The notes under the pieces were generated by a model that was not told where the DNA came from, searched no databases, and saw only the letters and a list, made by a program, of their open reading frames with translations. Source: Eledone cirrhosa (lineage: Eukaryota). From it: DNA of 64,000 nt. Shown here piece after piece: positions 40,101-53,334 of the stretch (position 1 is its first letter; the number at the start of each line of letters is the position of its first letter). The stretch spans positions 330,708,001 through 330,772,000 of the forward strand of contig OZ024740.1 of assembly GCA_964016885.1 (NCBI GenBank). Direction: 5' to 3'. A program made the translations under genes and the position numbers.

Positions 40101-40549
40101 ACCCATGAAAGTAAACAATTTACCACATTCTGAGAAGTGGTATGTGCATAAGCTAGAGTCGGTGATAGAAAACGATCAGGTGAAGGTGCTGTGGGATTTT
40201 AGGATACAGACGGACAAGAAACTAGGACACAATAGACCTGACCTGGTGGTTTTGGACAAGGAAAGAAGATCGTGCCTGATTGTGGATGTGGCCTGCCCAT
40301 TCGACACGAGAGTGCAAGAGAAGGAGAGAGAGAAAATTAACCGATACCTGACTTAAAGTGGGAGGTAAAAAGGATTTGGAACTGCCATGAAGTCAAAATG
40401 GTCCCTATTGTCATAGGTGCACTAGGTACTATCTTAAACAGTTTCCAGGGATGGTTAAAGAAAATTGGCCCAGCCCCGCTTTTTGGAACACTTCAAAAGG
40501 CATGCTTGCTGGAACAGCAAGAACTCTCCGATACGTCCTAAATATCTGA
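37166..40549 (+). pseudogene. R4/Dong-like ORF: N-terminal Myb-like region, RT, CCHC, RLE nuclease
   Basis: RRKWT..WTKELN..CY..GYRKRMHNIW; PWWKKRL; NWKSPGPDG; YRPITCL; WIDYKKAFDVVPHSW; GIFQGDSLSPLLF; HLLFVDDLKL; YKYLG; RPDLV. Several stops and frameshifts. Confidence 0.92.
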
Positions 40550-40870
40550 GGCTGCAGGTAATGGCTTGCTATTCATTTCAACAAACTTTCCAGTTAACTA
40601 ACATCAATGACTGAGACTCAAATAATGTTTTCTTTATTAACCACAAGGGTTTACATAAAGTAGACATTAAGGACAGTACAGGACAATACAGGACGGTACA
40701 AATGGGCATTTCTGCGTGTAAAAAAAACAGAGGATGAAATAAAATAACAAAGAAAAATTCCCCAATAGGGGGGAGACTTCCGAGGGACATTTGTGGAGAA
40801 AGCCCATTAAAAGACCACAGTGGCCCTGACCACCAGGGCAAGTGCCCTCTCCCAGTTTTCCACCTTTAAT

Positions 40871-43800
40871 TTACAGACACATACTCAGAGAAGGCCCATT
40901 CATTCGGGCCATACTTGCTTCTCTCACCCATCTTTCAACAAAATGCTGGGAAGAGAGCACTTCCCTCTCTACCCTGATTTTCCTTTTCAGATGAAATTTG
41001 AGAAAGTTAATCAGGGCATCACCGAAGAGGTAAGTGCTCGTCTTCAGCCCTTTCAAACGTGTCCACCATACTATCTCTTTCGCCATGGCCACCAGACAGA
41101 TAAAAACTGCCTGCCCTTCGCGGCTAAAGGAAGAGGGTGGGGCAATCCTCACGATGGACTCAGCTGATAGCTGGATCCGTCCTACACGTGACAGCAGGTA
41201 TTCGACATAAACCCACAAGTCAGCAATGCTCGGACACTGGACGAGTGCGTGCAGGACGGTTTCGTCGCCCTGTGCGCATCTCGGACATGCCCGGCTGACG
41301 GCACCTCCATGCCTGTAAAGTTTATCCCGAACTGGCAAAGCACCCCGGTAGCACTGCCAGGCCAGGGATTTCTGGAATTTGTACATAGGCCCCGGCCCGA
41401 AAGTCCTTCCGAAGAGATTGGCTATTTGATTTTCGTCGGCGCCTAGAGTTTCTCCAAGTACGTCGTCGCTCTTCCCCTCCACTAATCCCCTATAGAACGC
41501 CAAGGTGGAGTTTCCACCGATCACATTGCCCGATTGGTCGAGGGCTGTGAGCGCCTGAAGACATTCCAGTCTCCAAGCGCTCCCTCTCGGTCTTCGCTTG
41601 ACCCAGGACTGCAGCTCCGTCAAGGAGACGAGCTGGGGAAAAACGTTTCTAGCAAACGGCGACCACACCTGATCACCGTCGAGGAAGAGGTGGAGATGTC
41701 GTAGCCTGAGCGCGTGTCTGCGCATCATTGCCACGGCATGCCCAGCCCTCCACGTAGCGGGTGTTGACAGCAGATGGACCGCCTGACCATCGGAGCGCGT
41801 CCCTTCCACAAGAAGCGAAACAGCAAACGCTCCAGCGCCGTCAGGCGGGGCTTAGGACAAGGTACGACGGTCAGGCGGTAGTAGATGACGGACGCGATGT
41901 ACGCGTTAGCCACCTCTGCTCGACCTTTCATGGATAACTTCCTCTCGGCCCATTTCTGGGTGAAAGAAGCCACCCTGCTCGTCACCTCGTCCCAGTATTT
42001 GTCTGTCTGGAGGTCTGGACCGAACCAGACCCCTAGCAATTTAACCGGTCCGTCCGTCCAGCTCCCGACGACGCTGTTGGACGGCATGGACCTGCCTCTC
42101 CAGGTGCCGAGCTGCAGGCCCACTGACTTTTCCTGGTTGATCATTGCTCCTGTCACCGCTTCGTATTCTCTTAGTGTAGTGCCGATCGCCTCGATGTGTT
42201 TGGCGTTCGACACCACTACGGTGACATCGTCGGCATATGCTGACACGGATCTTCCGCATCCTAGTTCGCGCGGGACCTCCCTCAACGTCTCCAGTTTGTG
42301 CAGTAATGGCTCGAGAGTCAATACGTACAATAGGGACGAGAGGGGACATCTTTGGCGGACCGAGCGCATGATGTTGAACGGTTCCGAAAGGTGACCGTTC
42401 ACTCTCACTACAGAGCAGATGTCGCTGTGCATGGCCGCGATCCAGCCTCTGAAGACGGGCCTAAAGCCAGCCGCCCTCAGGACTGCCGCTAGGTAACGAT
42501 GGTCGATCCTATCGAAGGCTTTCGACTGATCTAAATTGATCAAAGACCCACCCGTGCCAGGTTCCCTAGCTACCCTCTCTACGATGTATCGCATGAGGTG
42601 GAGGTTGTCGTGGATGGATCTGTCGGGAATGGCGCATGTCTGTGCCTCTCCCACCAGACCACCAACGACTAGCGCCAACCTCTTTCCTAGCACCTTGGCC
42701 AAAATGTTGAACTCTGTGTTTAGTAGAGTTATGGGCCTAAAATTATCTATGTTATCCCCCTTGTTCGGATCCTTTCTCAGCAGCGCCACCTCTCCTCGGC
42801 TCACACAGCTGGGAATTCTCCCGTTCTGTTGCCAGTTGCAGTAGACGTCCGCCAAGAGGCCTCCGAACAAGTTTGGCATTTGTACGTAAAGTTCATAGGG
42901 CAGACCATCCAAACCAGGCGATTTACCCCTTGTACAACTAGTCATTGCATCCCGTACTTCAGCGGTTGTTATCGGCTTTTCGCAACAATCCGCCTCAGTG
43001 GCCGAAAGCCGCGGGAGTCCGTCGAGGTAGACATTAAAGTCCATCCCTCCCTCCGGCCCGCCACTGCCCCCGAACAGTTGAGCGAAGTGTCGCTGAAAAG
43101 CTTCACACATTTGCCCGTGATCGAGTAGCATGCGCCCGTCGTGGTCCACCAAAGACCGGATCGTGGCTCTGTTGCCACGACGCGCCTCCACCACTCGGGC
43201 CCATTGAACGGCTTTCGTCCCCTCGTGTCTGAGAGCACGCACCCTAGCTCTGACAACGCAGCCTTCGTGCTTTGCATTGAAGAATTGGTCAAGGGCCAAT
43301 TTCGCCGCAAGTACGTCGGTAGCGATGCCTTTGCTAAGCGCCTCATCTAATTTTCTAACTAATTCTCCCTCTGCTCTATTTTTCTCTATTGCTAAAGTCT
43401 TACTAAACCTAATGGACTCTATTCTAATTGCTCTTTTCAGAGCAAACCACCACTTGTTGTTGACGATGGCCCCCGTCAACGCCCGCTTAACTAGTTCGCT
43501 AATCCGGTCTCTGTAAGCCTTGCGCGCTGGTAAGGACGCGTTTAGGTTCCAGTAGCCGGGTCCTCGTCTATGAAGCCTATCTAAGTCAAGCACACAGATC
43601 ACGAATTTGTGGTCCGTGTAGCTGACTATCTTGATTTGTGGACAGCCTATGCTAGACCTATCTATTTCCCTACAAAATACTCTATCTAGATATGATCTGG
43701 ATGACCCTATGCAATTTGTCCAAGTCCACATTGGTACATTCGGGATATCCATTCGGTACCTGTCAGACAGTTCAAAACGTCTGAGCAGGTTGGTGAGACT

Positions 43801-44289
43801 CTTGCACCCTCCTTCCCTATCCACTAATCCCACACAAGCCCAGCGTGCATCTAAGATCCCGTTCCAGTCGCCCACTAACACTAAAGAGCGGGACGTTCCA
43901 AGAAACTTCTCCAGACGCCGGAAGAAATCAGGCCGCCCTGCTCCTGTCGGGGCATAGACGGCCACTAACCTGAAAGCTTGCCCGTCTCCGCTGGTCACGT
44001 CCAGCACCACCAACTTACCCTCTGGGTCCAGGAAGATGGCCCGTATGGCAAGATCCAAAACTCTCCGAAAAAGCACAGCAACTCCTCCCCCCGATCCCGG
44101 ACGGCTGGGAGATGCGTACACATCGTAACCGCCGAAGATCGTTGCGAAAGCCTGTGCTTCGGAGATTCTGGTCTCGCTGATGGCCACTACATCTATGTTT
44201 AGTGACCTGAGGTCGTTGAGCAGGTGGCCCTGCTTCCATGACGACCCCAAGCCACGCGCATTTATGCTGCCTATTCAGAGTGAGGTCAT
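40871..44289 (-). pseudogene. Element D ORF2 (APE-RT-CCHC)
   Basis: ATG at 44289, TGA at codon 5, 841 aa open frame 41725-44250 containing YADD, one frameshift near 41728, C-terminus to 40871. Confidence 0.92.
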
Positions 44290-44323
44290 GTCTAAAAGGA
44301 GTGGAAAAGATGGGAAAGACCAC

Positions 44324-46150
44324 TTACCTTACTTCTCGTACGGGAAGGACGGTTTTTCCATCCTTTTCACTGCTTGTGGCCTCCTCAGGAAGGATGTCCT
44401 TATAAATCCTCCTGGAGAGTGCTTGTCGGAAGTCTCCGATGTCTTTTGGGAATTTTTGTTTTAGTGTCATGTACGTTTCCTGTGTGATGCGAGTGATTTG
44501 TATGTGTGGAGGTGGTGTGAATTTTGGGGTTGTTGTGTAGTCTTTTTCTGTGATGCTGGTGTTGTGTTGGATGTAGTGTAATAATTGCTTGTTGTTCAAA
44601 TTTAATGCTGTGTAGTGTGTATCGTTTTGGTTGTTTTGTTTTGTTTGCGTTTGTTGTGGGTTTGTTTCTGTTTCGCTTTTTGGTGACTTTTGTGGTGTAG
44701 GTGATGGTGGTGTTGGGGTTAATGATGGTGATGGTGTTGGTGTTTGGGTTGATCGGGTTGGTGATGCTGGTGTGGATGGTGGTATATCTGTCCTAACTTT
44801 TTTGTTTCTTAGTTTATTTGTTTCCCTCTGTATTTTGTTTTTGGAGGGGCAAGGAAGAGAATTTTTTCTTTTTTGGTTTCTTTTTTTTTTCCGGATATCG
44901 TTTCCCACTCCTCGTCGTCACAATCTGTCTCCAGTTGTGATAGGCCGGGGAGTGGAAAATCCTCCACAGGCGTTAGTTTTTGTTGTGGCGTGGTGGATGG
45001 TGTAGGCGCCGGTGCTAGTTCTGAAGCGTTGAGTGGTGGTGGTGTTGGTTTTGCTGGTGGTGGTGGGGGTATTGGTTTTGCTACTGTTGCTGGGGTTGTT
45101 GCTGTTATAGTTGCGTCTGTTGTTGCTGCTACAGTTGTTGCTGCCATCACTGCTACTTGTGGTGTTGATGGTTGTGTCACTGGGGTGGGGAGGAGAGGTG
45201 GCCTCAACCTTTTAGCCTGAGGGCAGAAAGCCCTTAGGTGGGTTCCTTCACCACAAACGACACACCTAGGTCTTCTGCCCTCGACAATTACCGTGAGGTG
45301 GCTGCCGTCAGTGAGGTCTATTACCTCTGGGATCTCCTCAATGCTTTTTTGGTCCGCTTGGATCAGAAGCTCCGGACCAGTTCTCCTGCTTTTCTTTTGC
45401 TATTGCTATTATTTTTGTGTTGGCTTCGATGCCGGCGAGGACGGCCGCTATTAGCCAGGGAATTTCGATGGCCGGTGGAACGTGGGTCACCCTGATCTTT
45501 ACGAGTCTCTGGCCACAATAGCTTGGGACGTGTGTGAAGTCGTCACTTCTTAATGGGGCCATGGAGTGTTCTCTAGCCTCCTCTGGTGTTTCAAAGAACA
45601 CATCCACGGTTCCATACTTCTGCCCACGTCTGATGTGGGTTTTTCTTGCCCACACATGTCCCAAAGCTTTTTGGATTTGGGACTCGGATGCCCGTTCCAC
45701 TCGGCGCGATTTTACATTTATTGTTCGATACGACACGGTGCATAGGCGCCGATGCTCCATTTTATTAGGTGGGGGGGGGGGCTGACCCTGTACCCATCTT
45801 TCTTTACCAATTGTTTGGCATTTTCTAAATCCTCCTGAGTTACCGTAAATGCTTCGAACTGTTTTGCTACTCTGGCGAAACTGAGGGTCGATTTTATAAT
45901 GTCATTGTTGTTGTTGTTGCTATCGTTATTTGTGTTAATATTAATTTTAGTTTCAGTTGTGGTGGTGGTGACATCAGTCGTCTTTGGTGGGGAAGAGTCC
46001 ATTTTGCTTGATTTCATTTCGACATCACGAGTTAATTTATTTTTTTCTTCTTTTGTTTCTGTTGTCACGGTGGTGGTGGGGGTGGTGGTTGTCGCGGTGG
46101 TGGTGGTGGTGGAGGCTTTCAGCTGCTTGGTTCAGAGGTGAATTAGCCAT
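44324..46150 (-). pseudogene. Element D ORF1, frameshifted
   Basis: Pieces LSFARVAK, CTVSYRTINVKSRRVERA, PSYCGQRLV, a knuckle region at ~45225-45265, a Pro/Thr tail and RRIYKDIL..VREVR*. The start position is approximate. Confidence 0.8.
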
Positions 46151-46334
46151 TTTTTTTCAAAGAAATTTTTTGATAATAATAAAAGTTTAAATTTTTCCAT
46201 AAATTTTTCCATAAATTTTTCCATAAATGGCAATTTTTAACAAACGGAAATAACAAACCTTTGCAGAGCTCACGATGATACGATTTACTACGTAGGTCGC
46301 CAATAATAATAATAATAATAATAATAATGATAAT

Positions 46335-47596
46335 GTTTTCTTTATTAACCACAAGGGTTTACATAAAGTAGACATTAAGGACAGTACAAGACAATACAGG
46401 ACGGTACAAATGGGTATTTCTGCGTGTAAAAAAGCAGAGGATGAAATAAAATAACAAAGAAAAATTCCCCAATAGGGGGGAGACTTCCGAGGGACATTTG
46501 TGGAGAAAGCCCATTAAAAGACCACATTGGCCCTGACCACCAGGGCAAGTGCCCTCTCCCAGTTTTCCACCTTTAATTTACAGACACATACTCAGAGAAG
46601 GCCCATTCATTCGGGCCATACTTGCTTCTCTCACCCATCTTTCAACAAAATGCTGGGAAGAGAGCACTTCCCTCTCTACCCTGATTTTCCTTTTCAGATG
46701 AAATTTGAAAAAGTTAATCAGGGCATCACGGAAGAGGTAAGTGCTCGTCTTCAGCCCTTTCAAACGTGTCCACCATACTATCTCTTTCGCCGTGGCCGCC
46801 AGACAGATAAAAAACTGCCTACCCTTCCCGGCTAAAGGAAGAGGGCGGGGTAATCCTCAAGATGAACTCAGCTGATAGCTGGATCCGTCCTACACGTGAC
46901 AGCAGGTGTTCGACATAAACCCACAAGTCAGCAATGCTCGGACACTGGACGAGTGCGTGCAGGACGGTTTCGTCGCCCTGTGCGCATCTCGGACATGCCC
47001 GGCTGACGGCACCTCCATGCCTATAAAGTTTATCCCGAACTGGCAAAGCACCCCGGTAGCACTGCCAGGCCAGGGATTTCTGGAAGTTGTCCATAGGCCC
47101 CGGCCCGAAAGTCCTTCCGAAGAGATTGGCTAGTTGATTTTCGTCGACGCCTAGAGTTTCTCCAAGTACGTCGTCGCTCTTCCCCTCCACTAATCCCCTA
47201 TAGAACGCCAAGGTGGAGTTTCCACCGATCACATTGCCCGATTGGTCGAGGGCTGTGAGCGCCTGAAGACATTCCAGTCTCCAAGCGGTCCCTCTCGGTC
47301 TTCGCTTAACCCAGGACTGCAGCTCCGTCAAGGAGACGAGCTGGGGAAAAACGCGTCGAGCAAACGGCGACCACACCTGATCACCGTCGAGGAAGAGGTG
47401 GAGATGTCGTAGCCTGAGCGCGTGTCTGCGCATCATCAGCCACGGCATGCCCAGCCCTCCACGTAGCGGGTGTTGACAGCAGATAGACCGCCTGACCATC
47501 GGAGCGCGTCCCTTCCACAAGAAGCGAAACAGCAAACGCTCCAGCGCAGTCAGGCGGGGCTTAGGACAAGGTACGACGGTCAGACGGTAGTAGATG
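46335..47596 (-). mobile_element. Tx1-like element E, 5'-truncated
   Basis: Near-identical to the 3' 1.26 kb of D. (TAA)n at both ends. Confidence 0.92.
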
Positions 47597-47610
47597 ATAA
47601 TAATAATAAT

Positions 47611-50600
47611 GATTTCAGTTATTGGCCACAAGGGCCGACATATAGTGGAAAATACAAAAGACTGGGACAGTGGGGTTTTACAGAAAAATCGAGTAAACAA
47701 TATAAATAACAATAACAAAGTAACAATAAAGTAATAATAACATTACAACAAGAAAAATTCCACAATAGGGGGGATGACCACCTAGGGTTCGCTCAGGTAC
47801 CCCACTTGTCCTGAACCAATCGACGCTTCGAGAGCACCCTGGAAGGGCACTCCTCTCCTCCTCAAATTTACCTACCTACAGCCGCATGACCAGAGTATGC
47901 CCACTCACATGGGCCATTCGCCCTACATTCACCCACCTTTCAGCAAATGTAATGGGGGCAGCACTTCTCTCTCCACCCTCACCATCCTTTCTAAGTCAAA
48001 CTTGAAAAAGTTGATGAGGGATTGGCCGAAGAGAAAAGTATCTGTCTTCAGTCCTTTCAACCTCGTCCACCATACAACCTCTTTCGCTACTGCCACCAGA
48101 CAGAGGAAAATTGCCTGCTCTTCCTGGCCAAAGGAAGGCGGCGAGTCGATCTTCACTATGGTCTCGGCCGATAGCGGGATCAGTTCTACACGCTACAGCA
48201 GCTGTTCATCATAACTCCACAAGTCACTAATACACGTACACTGGACGAGTGCATGCAGAACGGTTTCGTCGCTCTGCGCGCATCTCGGACAGGTTCGTCT
48301 GACAGCACTTCGGTGCCTGTAGAGTTTATCTCGAACCGGCAGTGCCCCTCGGTAGCTCTGCCAAGCGAGGGATTTTTGGAAATTATCCATCGTCCCCGGC
48401 TCGAAAGTCCTCCGGTACAGACTGGTTAGTTCGACTTCGTTGACTCTCAGAGCCTCTCCGAGTGCGTCGTCGCACTTGCCCACCACAAATCCTCTATAGA
48501 ACTCGAGAGTGGAAGTTCCACTGACCGCATTGCCCGCCTGGTAGAGGGAAGTGAGGGCCTGGCAAAATTACAGATGCCAGTCACCCAGTCTAGGTCTCTT
48601 CTTGACCTAGGACTGCAGCTCAGTCAAAGAAACGAGCTGCGGAAAGGCCCGTCTGACAAACGGCGACCACACCTGTTCACCGTTTAGGCAGAATATCTGG
48701 AGATGCCGAAAGCTTCAGCGCGTGTCTGCGCATCATTAGCCACGGCATGCCCAGCCCTCCACCTAGAGAGGAGAGCTGGCAGCAGATGAACTGCTTCACC
48801 AGCGGAACCTAACCCCTCCACAAGAATTTGAAGAAGAGTCGCTCCAAGATGGCGAGGAGCGAACGGGGGCAAGGGACGACGGTCAGACGGTAGTAGATGA
48901 CGGACGCGATGTACGCGTTCGCCACCTCCGCCCGACCTTTCAGTGATAGCTTCATCCCAGCCCATTTCTGGGTGAGACTGGCTACTCTGCCCGTCACCTC
49001 GTCCCAATTCTTATCCACCTGGAGGTCTGGCCCGAACCAAACCCCTAGCAACTTTACTGGTCCGTCCGTCCAGCGCCTAACGACGCTGTTGGACGGCATG
49101 GACTTGCCCCTCCAGGTGCCGAGTTGCAAGCCCACCGACTTTTCCGGGTTAAGTTTTGCTCCCGTCAACCTTTCATATTCCTCCAATAAGTTGCCGACCA
49201 CCTCGATTTCTGAGGTGTCCGACACCATCACGGTGATGTCGTCCGCATAAACCGACACAGCTTTTCCGCGTCTCGGTTCGAGCGGGATGCCCTGCAACAG
49301 CTCCAGCTTCCGCAATAAAGGCTCGAGAGTCAATACGTACAGAAGGGAGGTGAGAGGGCACCCTTGACGGACCGATCGGGAGACCTGAAACGGTTCCGAG
49401 AGGTGGCCCTTAATTATGACCATCGAGCAGGTGCCGCTGTGCATTGCAGCGACCCAGCTTCTGAAGACGGGGCCGAAGCCAGCCGCTTTGAGGACAGCCT
49501 CCAGGTACCGATGGTCGACCCTATCGAATGCTTTCGATTGATCTAAATTGATTAGAGTCCCACCAAAGCCAGGTTTACACCCTACCCTCTCTATGATGTA
49601 TCGCATTAGGTGGAGGTTGTCGTGTATAGACCCGGTTGGGATTGCGCAAGTTTGCGCCTCCCCACCAAATCCCTGACGAAAAGCGCCAACCTCTTCGTTA
49701 ACACCCTGGCCAAAATCTTAAACTCTTAAAGCTCGTAGGGCAGACCCTCCAAACTGGGTGACTTGCGCCTCATGCAGCCGACAAGGGCATCCTGAATCTC
49801 GGCTGAAGTAATTGGCATTTCGCAGCGCCCAGCGTCAGCCGTCGAGAGTTGCGGCAAGCCATCGAGGTAGGGACTGAAGTCCGCCACCATCTCTGACCCG
49901 TCACTTCCCCGAACAACCGAGCAAAATGTTGGCGAAAAGCCTCACACTTCCGCTTGGAATGTCCGTCTCGGTCCGTCAAAGACCGAATCGTGGTTTTATT
50001 ACCACGCTGCGCCTCTGCCACGCGTCCCATCGAACAGCCTTGGGTCCCTCATATCTCAGAGCACGCGCCTTAGCTCTGACAATGCAACCTTCGTGTTTCG
50101 CATTGAAGAAATGGTCTAATGCCATTCTCGCCGCTAGCACGTCAGTTGCAATGCCACTACCAATAGCCTCGTCTAACCTATCTACCAACTCTCCCTCCTT
50201 TCTATTTTTGTCTAACGCTACTTCTTTGCTAAATTCTATCGACATTACTCTAATCTCTCTGTTGAGAGCCCCCCACCATTCTATTGTTGACGACTCCCCC
50301 TGTCAACTTTTTCCTAACTAAATTGTTGACTTGGTCCCTGTAAGCCTTACGTGCCGGAAATGACATGTTTAGCTTCCAGTAACCAGGTCCTAACCTACGC
50401 ATCTTATCTAGGTCGACCATACAGATCACAAACTTGTGATCTGAATAGGCGACCGTTTCAAAACGTGGACAGCTTACATTATTTCTGTCTATTTTCCTAA
50501 TGAATATCATGTCTATATACGATCTAGATGATCTTATGCTGTTATTCCAGGTCCACACTGGTGCATTAGGGACATCTAGTCGGTACCTGTCAGCCAGTTG

Positions 50601-53334
50601 GAACTGGCTGATCATGTTCTTGAGGCTTTTAAACGTCCTGCTCCTATCGGATACTCCCACACAGTCCCAGCGTGCGTCTAAGATTCTGTTCCAGTCTCCC
50701 GCTAACAGTAAAGGGCAAGACGTGCCCAGAAAGGCTTCCAGGCGTCTAAAGAAGTCCGGCTGTCCTGCACTGTAGGAGCAAAGACGGCCACCAGTCTAAA
50801 GGCACCACCTTCGTTATTGTTCACGTCCAGGACCACCAACTTCCCGTCCGGGTCCCGGAAGATCGACCTTACCTCAAGATCCAGGCCTTTCCACAAGAGC
50901 ACTGCCACACCACCTCCCATTCCCGGCCGGCTAACAGATGCATATATCTGATAGAAGTCGAGAATGGGGGCTAGTGCGCGCGTGTCGGAAATCCTGGTCT
51001 CGCTGACAGCAATTACATCCATTTCTAGAGACCTGAGGTCGTTGAGCAGGTAACCCTGCTTCCAGGACGATCCCAGGGCTCGAACATTTAAACATGCTAC
51101 TCTTAATATGGCCATGTTGGCAGGTTAAAAAGAGAGAGAGGAAAGGTTTACTTACCTTCCGGGCTCTTATGAATGTCGGGTGGTTCGACCTCCATAGTTG
51201 TTGGGGTTTCTTTTGGGAACCCCTTTAAAAGTCTTGAAGTGGGTTTACGTTCAGGGTTCCCACGTCCCGAGAAAAGCTGTCTCGTATTTATTTGTATAAA
51301 GCGAGCAACATTCGCACCAGAATCAAATCTTCCGGCACGCGGATAGTGCTCGATTTAAACATTTCCCGCTCTTTTTGTGTATTTTCACTTCGTGCTACGA
51401 GGGCCATCAGTTCCTTATTGGCCCTCCTGACGAGCACCAAGTTTTGAATGTTTTGTTGGGTGATTTTATTTGTTTGCGTGGCTGTGATGGTGATGGTTTT
51501 GGTGGTGTTGTTTCGGTTGTGTCTGTGTTTGCTGTCAGTGCGGTGTCTGTGGTTTCAGATGTTTGTGTGCATATTTTTTCTTGCGTCTGTTTAGGTTGTT
51601 TGCGTCTGAGGGATTCTAGTGATGGTGATGGTGGTGTTGATGTTAGTGTTATTGGAGAGATGTTGGCGTGGGTGGTGTATGCGTTTTTTATTGTGGGTGA
51701 TTTTGTGCTTTGTTGAGTTTTGTTTTACTTTTTGTGTTTCCTTTTTTGTATTTTGGTGGATTTGGGTTTTCCCTCATCTTCACTACTGGTAGAAGAGGGG
51801 TATATGTCTGTAAGTGTGTCTGTGTTTATGTTTATGGTTTTATTGGTGTGTGTATGTTTGGGAGTAGGGGGAATTTGACAGCTTTCCGCATTTCCCCCCT
51901 GGGTGGTCAACATTGGTGGTGGTCTTTCTATTGGTGTTGTTTTTGGTGGTTTTGCCGGTGCTGGTGTTGGTTGTGGTCCTCGCCCCGGCATCGGCAGCAG
52001 TGGAGCCTTTCGACCCCTTGCCTCTTTCAGCAGTTGAGGGCAGAAGGCTCGCAAATGGGTTTCCCCCACAAACAAAACAATGCGGCCTCTTTACTTCGGT
52101 CATAATATGAATGACCGTCCCATTCTGAAGGCGGATGTGGTCCGGGATTGTCTTCATGTTCTCGGGCTTGATCTCGAGGCGGATCTCCAGGTCAACCCTG
52201 GACCAATCCTCTCTGGCCGTTCTGGTCACTTCTATAGAGACGGTATACGTCCCCTCCACAATCACACATCCCAGAAGCCACCACATGTCAAGTCCTGGTG
52301 GGATTCTGGGAATGCGGAGACGAGCGGATCTTTTTTCCCATGTGGGAGGGGTACATTATGACCTTGCTGGTTGTGCAAGGAGTCATAGCGTGTTTCATAG
52401 CGAGGGCGTCTAACTTGAACCACACCGAAATGGTGCCGTACTGTTTGATCCTCGCTATGTATTCGGTGTCTTCTCTGATGCACCTCAGCGCGACTACGAC
52501 ATCTGCTTGTGGGATTAAAGCTGCCGTTTTGGTTTGTGCTGAGATGCATCTATAATACACCGTTCTGCGCTCCACTGCCTCAATAGCTTCTACCAGGACA
52601 GTTAAGTTGGCCCAGGTTTGATCAGCTTCCATACCAGGGCCAGCTTTTCATCTTTGTTTGAGAGGTCCATGTTGAAGCATAGCCTCTTTTTTGTTGCTGC
52701 CGCAGAAAAAGTGTTCTTCTTGTTTTCGTTGGGAGTGTTGTTGTCGTTGTCGTTGTTCTTGTTGATGTTGTTGTTATCACTGTCGCTGTTATCATTGTTG
52801 TCTTTGTTGCCACCGTTGTTCTCGGTGCAGTTGGTGTTGCTGTTGTTGGTGTTGTCACTATTTGTTTTCATGTTAGTGGTGTTGATATTGTTGTTGCATT
52901 TGTCATTTTTTTTTTGTTATCTGTATCTTCGTTGTCGCTGTTACTGTCATTTTTTTCAAAATTAGAGTTCTCATTGGTATCATTGGTGTCTTTCTTTACA
53001 TTGTTTGTGGTGGTGTTTGTGTTTTCAATTTGTGTTAATTTCGCTGGAGCGCTCCTCTCAACTTCTACGTCGTTGTCGTACGACAGCAGACATATCGCTG
53101 GGGAACATGGCTCAGCGAGGTTTTTTTGTTATTTTTTTTTTCGTAAATTTTTTTAAAATGTGAAAAAACTTCAAATATTTGGGCCAAAAGGCCCAAATAT
53201 TATTCTTTTCTATTCACAGGGCAAAGTCCAAGGGCTTGTATGCCTTACACAACAACACAAATAAAAAAAAATCAGTTTTGATAGGTAAATAAGTGAAATT
53301 ACTGGAGCGAGCAAAAAGACGTCCGTTCAGATTC
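47611..53334 (-). mobile_element. Tx1-like element F, divergent family, full span with an RT deletion
   Basis: ORF2 from 51115 MAILRVACLNVRALG..AVSET, SDH, GPGYWKLN, DQSKAFD, YADD, CPRC..HALVQC. ORF1 remnants TFSAAATKK and HCFVCG/ETHLRAFC. Different UTRs. (TAA)n at both ends. Confidence 0.9.

Larger units (their letters stand above)
35937..40620 (+). mobile_element. R4/Dong-like RLE retrotransposon family 1, apparently full length, inactivated
   Basis: Long 5' region, single ORF from 37166, and the same 3' UTR as the copies at 26533 and 27331. Whether 35937-36850 belongs to the element is inferred from the absence of a (TAA)n junction. Confidence 0.88.
40627..46301 (-). mobile_element. Tx1-like L1-clade element D, full length (~5.7 kb)
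   Basis: ORF2 is near-identical to that of B, while ORF1 and the 5' end resemble A. aataat at the 3' end and (TAA)n at the 5' end. Confidence 0.93.

Noticed and set aside
46819-47718. 299 aa ORF with a novel N-terminus
   Set aside because: Chance read-through from F's 3' UTR across ATT repeats (IIIIIII) into the truncated ORF2 of E.
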